64,000 nucleotides of DNA, taken from a virus. Taxonomy: Duplodnaviria > Caudoviricetes. The notes below the pieces were generated by a model. The model worked only from the letters and a program-made list of their open reading frames with translations, was not told the DNA's origin and made no database searches. The stretch is taken from positions 18,364 to 82,363 of IMG/VR virus record IMGVR_UViG_2930438282_000004, one strand, 5' to 3'. The translations under genes were made by a program, and so were the position numbers. Of this stretch, positions 58,543-64,000 are shown piece after piece. The stretch's first letter is position 1. Every line of letters begins with the position of its first letter.

Positions 58543-59020
58543 CGACGGCAGAGTCGCCGTCAGGCATCAGGTGAAGCCACAACGTCAAGCATCAACCGAG
58601 ACAAGACAGCAGGCGTCTGATCTCAACGGGATAGAACTTTCCTTGCTTCATCAAGCCCCGGCTGCGCTCCGCTCCGCCGGGCGCGCTCCCGGCTCCACTG
58701 CGGGCGCGGCTCCTGCCTTCGGCCCCCTCCGCCCGCGCTGCGCCGACGCGCGCTCTGGAGAGGGCTGGCCGGCGGCATGAGGTGAGAACCCGTCGTGGCT
58801 GGGCGGTCGGCTCCGCGGCTTTATTAGGCAGCCACCATGGGGCGAGCCTCGAAGATCATGGCCCAAACGTCGTGCTTTAACGGGCAGGTCCACAGACTGC
58901 CCGACTCGCCGGAAGCTTACGGGGCCATGATCACTCGCCCCATGGCAGCTCCCGCCCAAAGCCGCTCCACCGGCCGCGCTCGTACGCTGAGCACTCATCC
59001 GCGAGAGACGGGATCAACCC

Positions 59021-59485
59021 ATGGCCGGCAGACCATCGATCGGCGAAGCGGCAGACCTCCTTCGGGCGGAGCTGCGCGTGGGCCAGCTATCGAGCCCTAC
59101 AACAGCTGAGGACGCATGGTCTGCCTTCATCCGCTTCGGCCAGATGCGGTTCAGCACGGCGGATTCGCCCGACGCCGACGGTCTGCTGTTTCAGTATGGG
59201 GTGTACAGCTTCGATGGTCCGGAGGCTTTCTCACTCGACCTCACACGCCAATTCGAAGTGCTGGGCGAGGACGGCGACCATGACCACTTCGTCCAGGTCC
59301 ACTGCGAGCTGATCTACGAGCCGGTACCGGCTTTGGTCGCTCTGGGAGACTTCACCTCTTGGTTCTTTCACGACTCAGGTGAGGATCTGGGGCAGTGGCT
59401 AGAAGCCCTCACCACGCGGGATGCCTGGGCAGCCATCCGTGAGCAGAGACCAGTGAAGCTCGAGGTCTACCAGGAGGCCGTCTAG
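59021..59485 (+). CDS. Hypothetical, immunity-protein-like
   Basis: DGLLFQYG..LTRQF motif; acidic. Confidence 0.7.
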   Translation: MAGRPSIGEAADLLRAELRVGQLSSPTTAEDAWSAFIRFGQMRFSTADSPDADGLLFQYGVYSFDGPEAFSLDLTRQFEVLGEDGDHDHFVQVHCELIYEPVPALVALGDFTSWFFHDSGEDLGQWLEALTTRDAWAAIREQRPVKLEVYQEAV

Positions 59486-59603
59486 ACAGCGTGCCCCCTG
59501 CGTGCCCGGTCGAACAGGTAGCCACGGGGAATGGCGGTCGTCGGCGGGCACCAGGCAGCAGAACAGCCCCTAACCGTATCGACTGGGCAGAGGCCGTTTC
59601 TGC

Positions 59604-59664
59604 TGGCGGTGGGTGTGGGATTTGAACCCACGGTGACTCGCGCCACGACGGTTTTCAAGATCGT
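59604..59664 (-). tRNA. 3' fragment of tRNA-Ser(TGA), a second att core
   Basis: Minus strand CTTGAAA loop, long variable arm, GTGGG-TTCAAAT-CCCAC, ...CGCCA; 5' half absent. Confidence 0.85.
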
Positions 59665-59667
59665 GGA

Positions 59668-60018
59668 CTAATGCTGAGGCGGAGCCGCACGCTCGTACCC
59701 AAGGATGTCGTGAAGCCAACGGTCGAAGTACTGGCCCTCGGCCTCTCGATCACCTTCAACGGTCAGCCACTCACGGGCGGCAGTCACCATATGCGTCTCT
59801 GCTTGATCCGTTTCCGAAGGCCGGAGCTCGATCCAATCGGTCAGCTCGCCCCAGATGAGCGTCAGCGAATTACAGGCTTCATCGCCGTCGTCGACCGGCA
59901 TCCCACCACTAGCAAGGCCCAGGACCTCCAACGCCGGTTCGTACGGTGAAGCATCGCTGTTCAGCATGACCGCCAAACGCGCCCTGACCGCTGCGCGAAA
60001 GGCATCTGAGTCGTCCAT
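59668..60018 (-). CDS. Acidic hypothetical protein
   Basis: 116-aa ORF. Confidence 0.65.
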   Translation of the reverse strand: MDDSDAFRAAVRARLAVMLNSDASPYEPALEVLGLASGGMPVDDGDEACNSLTLIWGELTDWIELRPSETDQAETHMVTAAREWLTVEGDREAEGQYFDRWLHDILGYERAAPPQH

Positions 60019-60800
60019 GGCCTAGAGAGTAGGCGCAGGCATGGCCCAGCCTTCGGGCCGTGCCACTCTCGTGCCAGAACGGGCGGGCACTCACGGGGAA
60101 TCGCGGCACAGAGCGGGCACTATGGCCGTACTACGCCGAACCAGGAAACTCCCAGCTCGGTCTCCTGACCGCCCCACCTCGCTCCTAAAGAGGTGATCAC
60201 GGATCTCTGTGCGATACACCATGGAGCCATGCGAGTTTTCGGCACTCCAGCGGTGGCCCCCAGGATGTTGCTGCTCAGCGAGGGTGAGGTTTGATCCGGA
60301 TTGGATCTTCCGCCTCGCCCGTCCTCTGCTGCTCATGCCAGGAGATCGGGTCTCCATGGACGGCGGTCGTCTTCTCGTGCAGCGGGCTGGCGGCCGGGAG
60401 GAATACCCGACAGCCGACCTCGCTCCGTGGTGCTGGCGTTGGCGGCTCATCTGACGGCCGTGCCTGGTCGGACGGGGACTCACGGGGACTCGGCGGCAGT
60501 GGTGCAGGCACCAGGCCTTACTCGAAGCCACGTCTCCGCAGGTCCCGCCAGCAATCACCCACCCCCGCACCTTTAAAACGGAGATCGCGGACCTCTGGTC
60601 TGGCTGTACAGCAGCGAGGTACAGCAACCATCGCGACCGGACCTAACCGTCAGCAGCCCTACATGACCGTCTGACCAGCCGAGCAGACCTCACCGACCGT
60701 CCCGCCCGTAGCTCGCATCGAGGGGGCGGCGGGATTCGCAGGACTTTCAGCGGCGGCGGACGGAGATGGCCGGGCGCCGCTCGCGAGTGCTGGCCGGTGC

Positions 60801-61202
60801 GTGGATGATTGGCCGTCAGGGTGCGGAGTGGGTGATCCAGTGCACGGAAGTCTGCCGGTCGAGAATGCGGGGAGCGTCCCGCTGTGCCTCTTCGTCGAAC
60901 CATACGGCGAGGATTTCTGGCTTGAGCCGGGGGAGACCGTTACCGTCTCGCCGGTCAGCGACGGCGTCAACGTCCAGTTCGCGGTGACCGTTGCGGACGA
61001 GCTGGTGAGCGTGTGGCTCTTCGAGGACGGTGACCCCAACAGGGTTGTCTTGGAATCCCAGGTGATCGATACGTCTGGCAGCCCGTTGGAGTGTGGACAC
61101 CAGCGTCACGACCGGCGAATCCCCGGACCGTTCTTGCGTCGGGGAATCAAGCCCGATCACTCCCCTGACACAACACGGGGGAACAACCGTGGTCGACGCT
61201 GA
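60801..61202 (+). CDS. Hypothetical protein
   Basis: LFVEPYGEDFWLEPGE..CGHQR. Confidence 0.55.
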   Translation: MDDWPSGCGVGDPVHGSLPVENAGSVPLCLFVEPYGEDFWLEPGETVTVSPVSDGVNVQFAVTVADELVSVWLFEDGDPNRVVLESQVIDTSGSPLECGHQRHDRRIPGPFLRRGIKPDHSPDTTRGNNRGRR

Positions 61203-61292
61203 CCGTCGGCGGACAGCCTTGCGCCTGTTCTGCATGACGCACCCAGACCTCAACGGCCACGGCTGGGGACGCCCGGGCAAGGAGCCCACCAC

Positions 61293-61574
61293 ATGAGTGG
61301 GCCCGCCTGCGAACCGCTGGAGTCCCTCCCGCCAGCCCGGCGGGCGATCGTCGGCACGCTGCTCGGGCATGGCGCCGAGCGGTCGGAAGTTGAGGAACTG
61401 CTTCAGAGCTTTGAGGCCGAGCTGGCGGACTGGCTCCGTGACCAGGCGGACGAGGTGGGTGCAGCCTCTAAGAGCTTCTCTCGCGAGTTCCGCGATGGTA
61501 TGCACTTCGTGGCCAACTGCCTCGACCTGTACGACGGCAGGGGAGTCCCGCCGGAACGTGGGGGAAGGGGATGA
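61293..61574 (+). CDS. Hypothetical protein (paralogue of 17182-17442)
   Basis: PLESLPPARR...DGRGVPPERGGRG shared. Confidence 0.7.
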   Translation: MSGPACEPLESLPPARRAIVGTLLGHGAERSEVEELLQSFEAELADWLRDQADEVGAASKSFSREFRDGMHFVANCLDLYDGRGVPPERGGRG

Positions 61575-61722
61575 CGACGGACCCGCCCGGACAACCAGTC
61601 GGGGCCGAACCATGCTCACACGGCAGCCACGCGAGGGGTCACCACACCCCTGTAGCCCTGCGAAGACTTGCGCAGCTGCCGTTCCCGGCTACGGCAATCA
61701 GGCGAGCCCTGTCACTACCGCA

Positions 61723-61983
61723 TCAGCCCGGGTAGTCGTCCCCGAGGACCTCACGCCGCGCTGCTGCAGCCTTCCGATTCAACGCGCCCGTCATCCGGAT
61801 AAGGACCATCATCAATGCGATCCACGCCAAGATGACCACCTCCTGGATGACCATGCCCACCACGCCGAGGCCATCGACCGCCCGGCCCGCGATCGGCGGG
61901 ATCACGCTGGCACATAGCCATGGGATCCAGATGCGGTGCTTTCCCCCGCGTACCGCGCGCTGCACATCGCTGTAGTCGGACAA
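61723..61983 (-). CDS. Membrane protein (paralogue of 17493-17753)
   Basis: SDYSDVQRAVR...EVLGDDYPG. Confidence 0.6.
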   Translation of the reverse strand: MSDYSDVQRAVRGGKHRIWIPWLCASVIPPIAGRAVDGLGVVGMVIQEVVILAWIALMMVLIRMTGALNRKAAAARREVLGDDYPG

Positions 61984-62121
61984 GTAATCCCCCGAGGGTG
62001 GGCGTAGCTCTGGGCCGCATCATCTGCTGCAGTGGGCACCGTGTGAAGGGTGGCGCCCGAACCATGACATGCGAAAGCCCCGCCCTGGAGCGATTCAGGA
62101 GCGGGGCCGCTGCACATCCGG

Positions 62122-62669
62122 CTACGCCGACTCATCCCCCTGGGTGATGTCGGCGATCTCCACGGACACCTTCGTACGGGACGAGGACGTGCTGATCAGA
62201 GACGGCGTGTAGTTCAGGCTTGTCCGGTCCGTCAGCTCAGCCGTCTCGATGACCGGACCGGACTCGTCGCCGTGGATCTCGTACGTGATCTCGTACGTGG
62301 CGTCCGGATCGATTTCCTCCGTGTCTCCGAGGAAGGTCAGCTTCGGCTCGACCGTCACATTGCAGCCCGCTGACCCGAAGCACTGCCGCTCGGTGGTCCG
62401 AAGCTTGACCGTGAAGCTGTCGGCGGTGAGCTCGGTGTACGTCGGCGTGGGATCCGGCTCCGCTGCGGGCGTGACGGCTTCCTCGCTCGCCGACTTGGTG
62501 ACCGCGGCCGGCCTGCTGTCGTCGGCTCTGGACTGCACGACCACCACGCCGGTGCCGATGACGGCAGCGATGACGGCGGCGGCCGAGCCGATGATGACGA
62601 GGTTCGTTTCTTCGGCGCCGGCGGGGGCGGCGGGAAGTCGGGCATGGGCGGCGGTGTCGCGCTGGTCAT
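62122..62669 (-). pseudogene. Membrane-anchored secreted protein, frameshifted near 62607
   Basis: MTSATPPP..PKK and TNLVIIG..CFGSAGCNV lie in different frames. Confidence 0.65.
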
Positions 62670-62739
62670 GGTCCCCCAAGGGATACGAAGTGGGCTGGCC
62701 CCGCCGAATGGATCGGCGGGGCCAGTTCGTACGGCCGTC

Positions 62740-63381
62740 TCAGTAGTTGGCGTTGGTGATCATGTCGCCGTCCTTGCCGTACATGGTGACGAGACCGTTC
62801 TTCGACTCGTAGCAGGACGTGAACGCGGTCGCGATGAGCTTCGCGTCGCCCGAGTTATCGCTCATGAATCCGCCGGTGTAGTCGGTCCACACCTCGGCCG
62901 AGTCGAGGAGGTCGTTGCGCTTGTCGGTGCCGGTCACCTTCGTGACGTGCTTGACGGCCGACTTCTCGGTGGGCGTGCCGGACTTGGCCACGCACGCCTG
63001 GAACTGCTCGGCCTGCGTCTTGTTCGACTCAACAGGCTTCTCGGCCGGCTTCTTGGCGGGCGCCTTCTGCGAGTCGTCCGCCTTCGGATCGCTGCTGGGC
63101 GCGGCGATGGCCTTGTCCTTGTTGCTGTTGTCGGTGGAGTCGCTGCCGCCGCCCGCGAGCGCGGCGACGATGCCGATCACGACGAACAGGGCGACGACGC
63201 CGAGGCACCCGAACCCGATGATCTTCCCCGCGCTGGACTTCTTCGGAGGCTGCGGCGGCGGCGGGGCACCCCACATCTGCTGCGGCGCGCCGGGGCCGGC
63301 TCATCCAGGCTGCTGCTGGCCGGGCTGCTGCGGGTAGCCGTAGCCGGGCTGCTGCGGGTTCTGCGGGTACTGCTGGCTCAT
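62740..63381 (-). pseudogene. Membrane-anchored protein with in-frame TGA at 63301-63303
   Basis: MSQQYPQ..QQPG*..MWGAPPP in the same frame. Confidence 0.7.
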
Positions 63382-63645
63382 GGTGCCCCCTGAGGTTCTT
63401 GTGTCTTGCGGGTGCGTGACATGTGAATGACTTGTGTGGTTGCCGCGATTCGGCGAAAGTGACCTGACCGTGACAATCGGCATGGGGCTATGACTTGCGG
63501 ACCACGTGGTGACGGTGACTGTCCGACAGGTCGTAGACGATCAGCTCGCCCTCAATGTGCTGTACACGAACCCCCCTCACGCTGCTCATCTCCTGACGCG
63601 TTGTTGTTGTCGTTGTTGGTGGCCTGACCAGCGGCAACAACAGAG

Positions 63646-64000
63646 TCAGGGGCGGGGGAGGGGAGCCGAGGGAAGGACGTCACCACGCACCCCCGTGGAC
63701 GAGCCGCGCCCCCGCATACGGACGGTCGTGACCTCCCGCCGCAGCGCAGCCCTCTCGGACTCGCTCGCCGGTCGTCCCCAAGTGCTCGGCGAGAGCGGCG
63801 AGATGGGCATGCGGAGTACCGATCTCACGGACCGCAGCCACCAGCTCGGCCCCGCCCGGAGCCGCCGGGCCCTGGTGCGGCTCGCCCTCCTCACGCTCGA
63901 CGGTCACCTCGGACTCCGCCTCACGAGCCTTGGACGGCTGCCAGTCCGGGCGGCCAACCCGGTACGCCGCGATCAGCCAAGCGATCACGAGCGGCCACAT
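63646..64000 (-). pseudogene. Homologue of 19564-20148, frameshifted and partial
   Basis: HLAALAEHLG.. continues as VRMRGRGSSTGV in another frame. Confidence 0.55.

Larger units (their letters stand above)
61293..64000. mobile_element. Second related, degenerating prophage segment
   Basis: Same genes and order as ~17182-20148, with a stop and frameshifts. Confidence 0.75.

Noticed and set aside
63301-63303. Stop-codon readthrough or recoding
   Set aside because: Neighbouring genes are also frameshifted, so TGG->TGA decay or a sequencing error is simpler

Overview
This window is high-GC actinobacterial DNA, most likely Streptomyces, and most of it (<1-57254) is the right-hand part of a siphovirus-like prophage. 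Positions 1-14091 (minus strand) hold the virion module, from tape measure through tail chaperones, tail tube, head-tail genes, capsid, scaffold, MuF and portal to the terminases. Positions 14200-43450 form a ~29 kb accessory and defence region. It contains a WYL/HTH/EndoVII trio, a membrane cluster with a TM-GIY-YIG fusion, AraC/esterase cargo, a split DNA ligase, a PadR operon, two AbiJ-like nucleases, Abi_C and HEPN-like genes, and nested IS5 elements. Positions 43620-57053 hold replication, recombination and early genes, the cro/cI switch and a tyrosine integrase, ending at an att site that is the 3' part of tRNA-Val(TAC). To the right are a collapsed AICE relic, a tRNA-Ser(TGA) 3' fragment and the start of a second, related, decaying prophage. 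The most notable unannotated signal is at ~34841-35035 (minus strand). It is a circularly permuted tRNA-like module (T-arm, loop-closed acceptor stem, D-arm) inside a long terminal helix, which is the bacterial Y-RNA (YrlA) architecture. No Ro60 gene is present in the window, and the module lies between a PadR/RelE-like-TM operon and an AbiJ-like nuclease. All protein calls come from motif recognition and synteny by eye; no database searches were run.
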